Below the pieces are notes generated by a model that was given only the letters and a program-made list of their open reading frames with translations, was not told the origin of the DNA and did not search any database. Shown one piece after another: positions 25,200 to 36,494 of a stretch of DNA of 64,000 bases. The DNA lies in contig NC_068998.1 in the NCBI RefSeq assembly GCF_001194135.2, forward strand, positions 31,071,996 through 31,135,995, read 5' to 3'. This DNA is from Octopus bimaculoides (taxonomy: Eukaryota). The position numbers were made by a program, and so were the translations under genes. Within the stretch, counting starts at the first letter, position 1, and each line of letters opens with the position of its first letter.

Positions 25200-26340
25200 T
25201 TTGGGGTCAGTTGGTGCAGTCTTTTGACGACTTCATCGGAGTTCTTGATGTGTCCAGGAAAGGTTTTGGGATGTGAGAAAGGAGCCAGGGTATTTTATAC
25301 AGAAGTCCTTCCACGTTGGAGACGATCGGTCTAATCTGGATCGTGTCTCTATTTTAATGAAGTGGTAGAATTTGGGTAATCTGCTGTTCTTTGTGATGAA
25401 GTTGGTCTTGTATTCATTATGTAGTTGTCTCCGTCTCCAAATGTCAGTCCGGGTGGTGTTAATTCAGTCCTCAATCCTAGTTGGAGTTGTATCTGTCACT
25501 TATAGTCTGTCATTGCTTAGATGTTCTAGTGCCAGTCTGTCATAAATTTCACAAGATATGCAGATTTCTTTCCCTTTGTCTAATGGTAAGTAGATAAGGT
25601 TTTTGTCTTTTAGTTTTGTCAATGTTTTATGTTGTGCCTTGGTTAAGTTTGGTATTATTCTCGATTCTTTTCTTTAGATGTTGGAGATTGACTGTTTCAG
25701 TCTGGATAGTTTGTGGTTGAGTTCTCGGTTGTTTGGGGGTTGGTTTGAGTGGGTTGTCTAACTGGTATGTGGGAAATTTGCCGAGTGTGTTGTTGTTGTT
25801 GCTCTTTATTACCGATAGACATTTGAGTTGGTAGGCTGTTTGGCAAAAGTTGGCTTCCAAGTCAAGAAAGATTTTTTCATTTGGCTCTTGGATCAAGATA
25901 AATTTAGGGCCTAGACTGAGGTGTTCTTGTTTTTCATGGGAGAGTGACCCACTCAAGTCTGTGATTAGGGGTTTCATTGTTGATGGGGTGCTGGTGTCCC
26001 TGATGTTAGGGCTATCTTCATCTATGTCAGTGTAATAGGCTGAGTTGTTGTTGTGGGAGTGTTTGGTACAAAGCCACAGGAATTTAAGTTTGAGGCATTT
26101 CTTCTCTTGGTCAACACAGTGGTGGTAGCATTGGTCAATAGCTGCAGTTGTTCTTCAGTGTGTAGGTTCTGGGGTGGACATGATGCTGGACATTATTTCA
26201 GAGAATTTGTGTATATGCTCATGGAGTTGGTGTAGATGGTGTATGATTTTTACTGATGACAAATGTACATATGTATTTCAATGATCGTCGAAGGGTAAGG
26301 CCGAGGAAGCATGTGGGTAAATATACGTTCCTGATGGTGT
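25200..26340 (-). mobile_element. Penelope-like element 5'/RT N-terminal remnant
   Basis: LSLGPKFI, LPLDKG and RLPKFYHFIK motifs on the minus strand. Confidence 0.65.
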
Positions 26341-26372
26341 TGGGAATTATGTTGTTTTTTGGGCGCATTTAA

Positions 26373-27445
26373 CCCTTTCGTTACTAACCCTGCCGTAGCC
26401 GGCTGAAAAATTTTTTGGTTCATAAGACCAACCTGGCTGTAGCCAACCGAGGGTACCCATTGTTATTTAAATGTATATTTGAACCCAAATCTCGTTAGTA
26501 CATTTGTTAAAACACCTGATTTCATTTTGCAAACAATTGAGTTATTGTATCCGACATTGTTTGGCGTGATATTTGAACTCAGTGAATTTTGAAAGACTCT
26601 TTTCCACATTTTATGCAGCGTTAATTTTTTTCAACTTTGAAGATGGAGAGGAGTTTCATGCTATCAAGCAGTGATTCCGAATTTGAAGGTTTTTCAACAG
26701 AAGATGTGGAGATATCGAAGAAAAGAATGAATGAGCTACAAAAGCACGTGGTGAATGATAATAAATCAGATATTTCTGTATCCGAAACTGAAAGCAGCGA
26801 TTCTGAAAGCGGCGACGGCGACAGCAAGGATGATTTTACACCAGAATGGAGTCAAGATTTAAAAAATGTTTTTATTAACAATTTTTCCAAGGAGACAGGG
26901 TCTACCCATAGTCTTTCTCAGGAAGCGAAACCTTTAGACTTCTTTTTCTTATTTTTTTCCAGCATGCTTGTTTGAAATGATTACTGCGGAAACCAACCGT
27001 TATGCAGAATGTAAACAAGCTGGAAAAAAAGATTGCTTGTGGTTTCCTGCAACTGTAGATGAAATACGGCCATTTTTTGCCATAAATATTATTATGGGTA
27101 TTAGACAGTTACCCAGAATAATAAATTACTGGAGCGATCAGGAACCTTTTGGTGATGAAAGTTTCCAGTATTATGACGCAAGTACGATTCGTGAAGCTGA
27201 ACCAATATCTACATGTGAGAGACACTAGCAGTACCCCAGTACATGGAGAACTTTGAGACAAAAATAATGCAATAGAATTGATTAAGAATCCTTTCTTCAA
27301 TTACATTCCAAATATCACATTAATATGTTGATAAATAAAAAAGTTGCAGGTGTTTAATGAGACTAGTCTAAATTCATGATTATTTTAGAATTTAATTGAA
27401 ACTCATGAGGGGTGTATTTTGGTCAGAAATATAGTAACGAAAGGG
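26373..27445 (+). mobile_element. Internally deleted non-autonomous piggyBac (1073 bp)
   Basis: Same 14-bp TIRs and TTAA flanks as 8492-11203; 5' transposase part (26637-27250) joined directly to the 3' subterminal region at ~27260. Confidence 0.93.
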
Positions 27446-27559
27446 TTAAAAGCAGTTTATTTGGCATCCGACTTCAGCACTTTTGTCCGATAGCTTGATT
27501 AACTCCCTAGCGGTCGCGAACTCAGCTGGACCCAGGCGTAAACATAGAGAGTATTGTGG

Positions 27560-28445
27560 TTCATTGTGTATTGTTTGTGAAATGTAACATGTGTGGAATG
27601 GCACAACAATGCATTGTTGTGCCATTCCACACACGTTACATGCAGACATGTTGCAAGCAGTGGACTATAATAATTGTTATAAACAATTTAATTATTTATA
27701 GTCTATCATTTTGGAATATAAAAATTCCTTCTTCAGAGATTGCTATGAAGTAATAGAGTCACTGTTATAATCAGTTTTCTAACTGTTACTGAAATCTGTC
27801 GAAAACTTTCCTGTAATGGTCTCATGCAGTTCTTTCTGGAATTCCTCATGAGAAGTGTGTAAGGGTAGTCATGTCTTGAGCTTGTGTGTGTTGGCATATC
27901 CATAGTGCTGCTTCCAAGTTATGTATTATTCATGCATTTTTTTAATATAATGTATTGTTACATGAGCATGTTACCATCATCTGCGCAGGGTGATAGATGT
28001 TAAATAATACAGTGAGTGTAAATTTCCAATCTGTTGTTAATTTGGGGCCCTGGTCTGTCTATGAGAATAGTCTCCTTAATTCTTAAATTTCCTAAATTTC
28101 TGTCATTGGCCTTAGTTGTGACTGTTATGCTTTTGTTGGTGTTCCGGCATCTGTCTAGATATTTTCTGAGGGAGGAGGCTTGCTTGTTTAGATGTTCTTT
28201 GATCTGAATGTGTAATGGTCTTGTGCTTCTCACATAGAAATTGTTGCATTTGTTACATTGGATTCAATATACATTTACCCGTTGGCATAAATCTGTGTCA
28301 TGGATGGGGCAGTTAGCTAGTGTGCCTTGCTACAACAACAACTCGGCCTGTTACACTCACTATGAATAATTAAATTATTTATAACAGTTATTATAGTCCT
28401 TCTGCATTATTGTGCCATTCCAGACATGTTACATTTCACACACAC
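27560..28445 (-). mobile_element. PLE 3' end (GIY-YIG remnant + terminal repeat) with inverted flanking segments
   Basis: ORF 28000-28233 STRPLHIQIKEH...NLRIKETILI...PQINN; decayed hammerhead 27701-27741 (-) with GAAA changed to AAAA; 27572-27710 inverted versus 28345-28445. Confidence 0.7.
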
Positions 28446-28484
28446 ACATATATATATATGTATATATATCTATATATATATAAA

Positions 28485-28770
28485 GTGGAGACACATGGCC
28501 TAGTGGTTAGAGCAGCGGACTCGCGGTCGAGAGATCGTGGGTTCAAATCTCAGACCAGGTGACGTGTGTGTTTATGAGTGAAACACCTAAGCTCCACGTG
28601 GCTCTGGCAGAAGGTAATGGTGAACCTCTGCTGACTCTTTCGCCACAACTTTCTCACTGCACTCTTTCTTCCTGCATCTAGCAGCTCATCTGTGATGGAC
28701 TGGCGTCCCATCCAGGTGGGGAACCTATACACTCATGAAACCACGAAACCGAGCCAGGAACAAACAACAA
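28485..28770 (+). mobile_element. tRNA-derived SINE, third family
   Basis: TGGCCTAGTGG A box, GGTTCAAATC B box; GATGGACTGGCGTCCCATCCAGG motif near the 3' end. Confidence 0.75.
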
Positions 28771-28860
28771 TATATATATATATATATATATANNNNNNNN
28801 NNNNNNNNNNNNNNNNNNNNNNNNNNNNNNNNNNNNNNNNNNNNNNNNNNNNNNNNNNNN

Positions 28861-30212
28861 ATATATTGGTTAGTGACTTCAGGCTTAGGGCAAGAAAGAT
28901 CCAGAGAGGCAAGCCAATTTGGAAAAGGAGGCTGTGGAGGCTCAAGGATCCTGCAAATGGGCCAGAGATTTAGAGGATAATGAGGTCTTTGAAAAAAAGG
29001 AGGGAGAGATAGTCATATGACATAGAGGACAACTGGAAGTTCCTATGGGATAATCTACTAAAAGCAACAGACCAGATTTGTGGTTGGAACAAAGCCTCTG
29101 CTAGACCAAGTGTGATGTGGTGGTGGAACAATGACATTGCCAAGGCCATAAAAAAGAAGAGATGGGTCTGGAAAAGTGGGGTGGTTGCAAAGAATCATAT
29201 CAAAAGGCTAAATGGGAGGCTAGATGTCAGGTTTATCTCACTAGGGTAGAAGCAGAAAAGAAGAGGTCTGCCAAAGTCCTACAGCCTGAAGATCAGAGAC
29301 TTGAAGTGTTCCAGATTACTAGACAGTGTGTCAGTGAGGATTGAGATATTGTAGGAGAGAAGTGTGTATAGATGGATAATAGTATGCTTGCACTTAGTAA
29401 TGTGGAAAAGTTACAATGTGAAACTGTTGAATGTAGAGAATGAATGGGACAAAGACAGTCTCCCTCGTGTGAACCCAACAGAGAGACCAGCTATCCTAGT
29501 GGACAGCAGTAAGGTAGATAAGGCTATTAAAACCATGAAAGCCTCTGGTCCATCCAGAATCAAGTATGAGATGCTCAAAATATCCAGTAAGGTAGGGTAT
29601 GGGCTAGTTACCTGCATAGTTAATCAGATCATTCAGGAAGGTTTAATACCCAAGGACTGGTGTAGCAGTATAATTGTTAGCTGCTACAAGGGTAAGGGTG
29701 ATGCTTTAGATAGAAGCATTTATTGAGGCATCAAACTCCTGGACCACATGATGAAAATTGCAGAGAGAGTTATAACCCACTTAATTAGGAGCAAAATTAG
29801 GCTAGACAAAATGCAGTTCAGCACCACTGATACTATTTTCATAGTCAGGCAACTGCAAGAGAAGTACTTAGCTAAGAATAAACCATTATACTTGGCATTT
29901 GTTGATCTAGAGAAAGCCTTTGATAAAGTACTCTGCTGTGTGGTACGGTGGGCACTGAGGAGATTAGGGATAGAAGAGTGGCTGGTGAAAACTGTACAGG
30001 CCTTGTACAAAGACACTGTCAATAAGGTGAGAGTTAACCATGAGTACAGCAAAGAATTTGTTGTACTGGTAGGGGTTCATCAAGGTTTGGTCCTCAGTCC
30101 CCTCCTTTTCATCATTGTCCTCTAGGTCATTACAGAAGAATTCAAGACTCTGGGAACTACTATATGCTGCTGATCTTGCCCTTATAGCAAGTTCCATATC
30201 AAAGTTAAAAGA
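28861..30212 (+). mobile_element. Degenerate RTE LINE fragment
   Basis: LQEKYLAKNKPLYLAFVDLEKAFD, VGVHQGLVLSPLLF. Confidence 0.85.
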
Positions 30213-30227
30213 GAAACAGTGCAGTGG

Positions 30228-30625
30228 ATGAGCTACAGAGAGAGGCTGAAAAAACTGCATCTCTACTCCCTGGAGTGAAGACGCAACAGAAATGTAATAA
30301 TCTACATTTGGAAAACTCTAGAAGGGCTAGTAGTTAATTTCGGCATTGAGAGTTACACAAATGCCAGAACTGGCTGCCATTGTATTGTACCAAAGGTACC
30401 ATCCACTCCATCTAAATTCAGGACCAGATACTGCAATAGCCTAGGGTTCAAAGGCCCACAGCTCTTCAATGCCCTGCCACAAAAATTAAGAAATCTGCAT
30501 AAGATGGAAGTAGATGTCTTCAAAAAGGAACTAGACATCCTCCTCTTCACAAAACTGGATGAACCAACAGCCTGACATGAGATACAGACGAGGGCAGTGG
30601 AATCAAACTCCCTTATACACCAAAT
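30228..30625 (+). mobile_element. CR1/L2-like LINE 3' end
   Basis: LHLYSLE*RR, GPQLFNALP, FKKELD motifs. Confidence 0.75.
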
Positions 30626-30869
30626 GGGTCAACAGCTGGGACATAGGCACATACTCCTGTACACCTATCTTATGTGCATTAAATTCAACTCGTAGATAAT
30701 GCAGAAATTTGCACAATTCTGTATTAAAATTTTGTTCTATACCTATTGCATATTAGCTAATAACTCCTTTTCTATGCTGATGTTTTAACAAAAGTTAAAT
30801 AATTTTATATGCTATTGAATTTACCTGTAATTAGATTCGCTTTGAGACAAAAATTAGGGAGCAGATTTG

Positions 30870-31027
30870 GTTAAGAACCTTTTGTTATATTGTGTTCCAA
30901 AAATGAAAATATGTTGGTTAAAAAATTAGAATTGTTTGATGAAACCAGTCTCAATTTGCAATTATTTTAGAATTTAATTGCAACACATAAGGGGTGCTCT
31001 TTAATTAGCAATATTGTAACGAAAGGG
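30870..31027 (+). mobile_element. piggyBac 3'-end fragment
   Basis: GTAACGAAAGGG + TTAA, subterminal similarity to 27340-27445. Confidence 0.65.
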
Positions 31028-31104
31028 TTAACCAACAAATCTACTTGCATACGCATGCATATATATTATTGAAATCTAACCACTTCATTAGCTATATGTT
31101 GTGT

Positions 31105-31740
31105 TGATTTTCCCAATCTTCAAGGTGGCGAGCTGGCAGAATCATTAGCACACTGGGCAAAATGCTTAGTGGCATTTTGTCTGTTTTTTATGTTTTGAAT
31201 CCAAATTTCACCAAGGTTGACTTAGCTGTTCATCCTTTCAGGGTCAATAAAATAAGTACCAGTTGAGCACTGGGGTCAATTTAATCGACATAGCCCCTCC
31301 CTTTCAAAACTGCTGGCCTTGTACCAAAATTTGAAACTGATATTCCCATTCTTCAAAGTGGTAAGTTGGCAGAATCGTTAGCATGCTGTGCAAAATGCTT
31401 AGTGGCATTTCGTTTGTCTTTACATTCTGAGTTCAAATTTTGTGGAAGTCAAATTTGCTTTTCATCCTTTTGAGGTCAATAAAATAAGTGCCAGTTGAGC
31501 ATTGGAGGTGATGTAATCAACTTCCCCCTCCCCCAAAACTGCCAGCCCTGTGCCAAAATTTAAAACCAATATTTCCAGTCTTCCAGCTCTTTTCTAAATT
31601 AAAATTCTGCTGAGATTTACTTTGCCTTTCATCCTTTCAGGATCAATAAAATGAGTAGCAGTCAAGTACTTAGATTAATGTTATCAACTTTCCCCCACTC
31701 CCCTCAGAATTGTGGATCTTGTGCTAAAATTTGAAAAACA
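31105..31740 (+). repeat. Head-to-tail array of three diverged SINE copies (third 5'-truncated)
   Basis: Period ~230 bp; spacer T(G/A)TT(T)CC(C/A)xTCTTC recurs at ~31105, 31338, 31567. Confidence 0.7.
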
Positions 31741-31759
31741 ATCCTCGCTTGCATATCAT

Positions 31760-32076
31760 TTTACAACTCAGCTTCACTTCATCCATAGTCTCAAAGTCTA
31801 TTTGGCACTCTTGTAATTTATGACAATGAAGGTTCTAGTTGATCTGATCAATGGAACAGCCTGCTTGTGAAATTAATGTGCAAGTGGCTGAGCACTCCAC
31901 AAACACTCATACCCTTACCATAGTTCTTAGGGAGAATCAGCATGACACAGTGTGACAAGACTGGAGCAATGTGAAATAAAGTGTCTTGCTCAAGGACACA
32001 ACGCGTTACTGAGAGTTGAACTCATGACCATGTGATCATGAGCCAAATACCTTAACCACTAAGCCATGTGCCTTCA
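31760..32076 (-). mobile_element. tRNA-derived SINE with CORE-like TCCTTGAGCAAGACAC motif
   Basis: A/B-box-like head at 32005-32076 on the minus strand. Confidence 0.7.
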
Positions 32077-32091
32077 TCAAAGTCTATTTAA

Positions 32092-32312
32092 CTCTTTAGC
32101 ATTCAAATTGTTCTATCAGAATGTAATGTTTATTTGTTCACATTGTTTTGAGTTGATCATGCAGTATCTTGTCATTTTGAGATTTTGATGATGTGATTTT
32201 TTGTTTTTGGAATGACATTGTGGGGAGGTATGAAAGGCCAGATGTGGCTGGTTTGAACATAAGACAGGTAGAATGTTTGAGGTCAGATATAACCGGTTTA
32301 AATGCTAAAGGG
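32092..32312. mobile_element. piggyBac-type MITE (221 bp)
   Basis: TIRs C(T/C)CTTTAGCATT(C/T)AAA, TTAA at both ends. Confidence 0.85.
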
Positions 32313-32962
32313 TTAAACAACATCTTAGATGTTGGCCAGCTTCAAGACAAGTATATGGTAATGACCTCTTTACTCTCATCTATCTTTTACTTGTTTCAGT
32401 TGTAGAACTGGCCATGCTGAGGCACCACCGTGAAGGGTTTATTTGAACAAATCAGTCTCACTACTTAGTTTTTCATTTGTCTTTTTTTTAAGTCTAGTGC
32501 TTATTCTGTCAGTTTCTTTTGCAAAACTGCAAAGTTATAGCGACACAAACAAACCAACACCAGTTGTCAAGCAGTGGTGGAATAGAGAAACACAAAAGTG
32601 CACACATAAATAACACATAACAGATTTCCACACAGTTTCCATCTAGCATATGCACTCAAGGCATTTTGTCAGTTTGGCAGATAATGGTGTCATTCAGCTG
32701 GCACACCTGCTGGTGGCACATAAAAGCACCCAATACACTCTCAGAGAGGTTGGTGTTAGGAAGGGCATACAGCCATAGAAACCATGTCAAATTAAACTGG
32801 AGTCTGGTGCAGCCCTCAGCTTACCGGTCCTAGTCAAACCGTCCAACCTATGCCAGCATGGACAAGACACATTTATCCAACACTAATGTACCTGCATATG
32901 TATGAAACTGACAAACATACTTGCATATTAATAATCTTTATATTCATTTATAATTTATATAA

Positions 32963-33122
32963 AGGCATTGCTTTGTGGTAAGAAGCTTGCTTCCCAACCG
33001 CATGGTTCTGAGTTCAGTCCAACTGCAGGACACCTTGGGCAAGTACCCCTTACTATAGCCTCCAGCCGACCAAAGCCTTGTGACTGGATTTGGTAGAGAG
33101 AAACTGAAAGAAGCCTGTTGTG
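32963..33122 (+). mobile_element. tRNA-derived SINE (family of 15791-15949)
   Basis: Shared CCTTGGGCAAGT...GGAAACTGAAAGAAGCC sequence. Confidence 0.75.
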
Positions 33123-33158
33123 TGTGTATATATATATATCTATATATANNNNNNNNNN

Positions 33159-33203
<45 letters not shown>

Positions 33204-33336
33204 TATATGTGTGTGTCTGTTTCTGTGCCCTCTCACTGTCTGACAACCAGTGTTGGTGTGTTTACATCTCTGTAACTTAGTGGTTCAGCAAAAGATTTTG
33301 ATAAAATAATTTTAAGGTTATTTCTACAGATATTCT

Positions 33337-34172
33337 ATTACATGGAAAAATGTGAGCTAGAGAAATAATATTCTTAAGATTATGAACCTGGAAAACTACA
33401 GGATAAGTTATTACTCTTGGAAAAGTTCAGGGCAACTTATTACATCTAGTAAAGTACAGAACAAGAAAAGTTTTACTTAAAATATTGCAGCTAAGGATAA
33501 AATTTCAAATAAAGATTTAGAAAATATTAGCTTGTATTAAAATTTAAAATTTTATTACAAATTATTATTTCTATTTGTTATTACTTGTTACTTCTATTAA
33601 AAATAGAAAAAACAAAATTTTTGCACTTTAAAAGAATTCATATTTTAAAATTATTAATTAGAAATTTGAAAATAGGTTATAAAAAATAATAGTAGTACAT
33701 AATTAGTACAATAAATAGAATAATACAAAAATTAGTTATATATTACAGTAAAATCCACCTATAATAGCAAATTCACAGTAAATTTTGCTTCAGTTATTGC
33801 CTAGTTTTCACATTTTTAGTCATGACCTAATGCTTATTTTTTACATAATGAATTTGCCTACCATATATACTATTCTACTTTGCATAAAACTTGAGCTATA
33901 TTAGTACTTCTGGTTCTCATTTTTTAAGTATCCTAGCGTGTCAATATTTTAACAAAATGATGGGACCTTTTTCAATTTTAATGTTACTTTAAAATCAAAT
34001 GATTTTTAATATTCAAATTTTATCCTTAGCTGCAATATTTTAAGTAAAAATTTTCTTGTTCAGATGTAATAAGTTGTCCTGAACATTTTCAAGTGTAATA
34101 ACTTTTTCTGTATTTTTCCAGGTTTATAACCTTAAGAATATTATTTCTTTTGCTTGCATTTTCCCATGTAAT
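33337..34172. mobile_element. AT-rich foldback/MITE with ~170-bp TIRs
   Basis: 33337-33512 is the diverged reverse complement of 34010-34172 (one ~13-bp indel); no TSD recognised. Confidence 0.75.
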
Positions 34173-34861
34173 CCATTTTTTTCCAGGCCATACTTCTATG
34201 CTTATTAATACTGTGCCAAATGTGTTTTAGTGGTGTCATTGATAATTTTTTCCTTACCTCAATGATGCCGGTGACATATATTAAAAGTCCCCTTATTCAT
34301 AAAAAAGTATAGAACTATATTATCAAACTCAAATTTGAGAAACAAACACTCAGAACTTTTTTCTTTTAAAACTTCAGTGCATAAGATTGATACCATGAAA
34401 TTCCTTGAAATGAGCTCTATCATTTAAGCTTAATTAAAATATAGTTTGATTTTAAAATAAAAAAGTTAATTATACTTAAATCCAATTTTTTGCCTTACTT
34501 ATATTTTTCCGTGATNNNNNNNNNNNNNNNNNNNNNNNNNNNNNNNNNNNNNNNNNNNNNNNNNNNNNNNNNNNNNNNNNNNNNNNNNNNNNNNNNNNNN
34601 NNNNNNNNNNNNNNNNNNNNNNNNNNNNNNNNNNNNNNNNNNNNNNNNNNNNNNNNNNNNNNNNNNNNNNNNNNNNNNNNNCTTTCTTCTCTCATTGAAG
34701 CTAAGATAAATATATTTTACTTTTAAAATAAAAAAGTTATTTAGATCTAAACTTGATTGGAGGCATTACTTACTCTCCTATAATGTTGCTACAAATTTTG
34801 ATGTAAATTTTTTTCTACTGGATCAAATCTCAATTTTTTAATGCTAAAATGTAGCTAGGGA

Positions 34862-35052
34862 CATCATCATCATCATCATCATCGTTTAACGTCCGCTTTC
34901 CATGCTAGCATGGGTTGGACGATTTGACTGAGGACTGGTGAAATCGGATGGCAACACCAGGCTCCAATCTAATTTGGCAGAGTTTCTACAGCTGGATGCC
35001 CTTCCTAACGCCAATCTACAGCTGGATGCCCTTCCTAACGGTTGGCGTTAGG
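34862..35052 (-). mobile_element. RTE terminal-tail fragment
   Basis: (CAT)n + CGTTTAACGTCCGC... matches the reverse complement of the RTE 3' end. Confidence 0.8.
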
Positions 35053-35599
35053 ACATATTCAAAAATATTAACTGTTCTCAATTTGGTTAAGAACCGAATT
35101 AGCAACAAGCTCTGAAACATGCTGCATGTGAGTAAATTGCAGCCTTAAGAATATTATTCAACTACTACTCTAGTTGAATGGTCAACTACTACTGTAGGTG
35201 AATGATAGAAATTATAGCCAACACTGATTTTTGCTACACCGTTTAGTATATGAGATGTCATATGTAAACAAACAATGAAACCGAAGATGAAAAATGGGTA
35301 ATGGGCATATATTCCATATTTCGTGGCGTTTTACTTCTTCATGAGCACCACCAATCTAACCCATTAATCATCCTCAAACACACTGCTCAAATAGCCACCA
35401 CATATAGTGATGTAAAGTTAATGGATATACCAATTTACATATTAAACACATTTCTGGAAGCTGGTATGTAAATACTAATGATTTGTAGGTAGTGGTATTT
35501 TGTCATGCAACCATGATATACTATAAAGTATATTAAATGTTTTTATAAGTCAATATCATGTTCTACTGCATTAGCAGTGCACTTTACATTATTTTAAGG

Positions 35600-35809
35600 T
35601 TACCGCCTGACTGGCCTTCCTGCCGGTGGCACGTAAAAGTACCCACTACACTCTTGGAGTGGTTGGCGTTAGGAAGGGCATCCAGCTGTAGAAAACTCTG
35701 CCAAATCAGATTGGAGCCTGGTGTAGCCATCTGGTTCGCCAGTCCTCAGTCAAATCGTCCAACCCATGCTAGCATGGAAAGCGGACGTTAAACGATGATG
35801 ATGATGATG
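35600..35809 (+). mobile_element. RTE terminal-tail fragment
   Basis: Matches RTE 3' end, ends in (GAT)n. Confidence 0.8.
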
Positions 35810-36420
35810 AGAAATTATAACCAGCACTGATTCGTTTCATATATGGGACATCAGATGTAAACAAACAATGAAATCGAAGTACCAGGCTTTAAAAAAAATT
35901 AAGTGCTGGGGTTGATTCATTCGATTAAAATTTCTTCAATGCTCTGCCCCAGCATGGCTACAGTCTAATGATTGAAATGAGAAAAGAGAAAAAATTTGAA
36001 ATATACTAAAGGATTAACTGGTAAGACTTAATATAGACCTACAGAGTTTTACATAGAGGGACATATCTATTCATACACAATAATACAACTACTATAGAAA
36101 TATACTCAGTATTCATTCTGTAATTACACATCATACATGCACATATAAATAACTTAAATGTAATAAATCACAATGTGTGTCTTGTTGGTCATGCTAGGGA
36201 AAGAAGAGTAAAACAATAAACAGGGTGGGAGTGAGTGACTGTCAGAGGCAGTAAAGGCAGGCGAACTACATTCAAAAGTTTTGCTCTGAATTCACTGGTA
36301 TTTTGCTCAAAATAAAACTGGAAATTTTGATCGTAAATTGTATTTAGTGTATCAGTTTATCTCTCTCTCTCTCTCTCTCACCCACACACACAAATGAAAA
36401 GATACAAAATATAAAGAATG

Positions 36421-36482
36421 AATCATAGACCGGTTTCGTTGCCAACTACTTACGTAATTGTCTCCAACTCTTCAGTATGATT
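36421..36482 (-). ncRNA. Canonical type I hammerhead ribozyme
   Basis: AATCATA-CTGAAGA-GTTG(23)CAAC-GAAA-CCGGT-C-TATGATT; 7-bp helix I, palindromic helix III ACCGGU, GUC site. Confidence 0.88.
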
Positions 36483-36494
36483 GTCCTTTGCAAC

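Noticed and set aside
27950-27985. CAGATGATGGTAAC... on the minus strand
   Set aside because: Core and GAAA are both non-matching; insufficient support.
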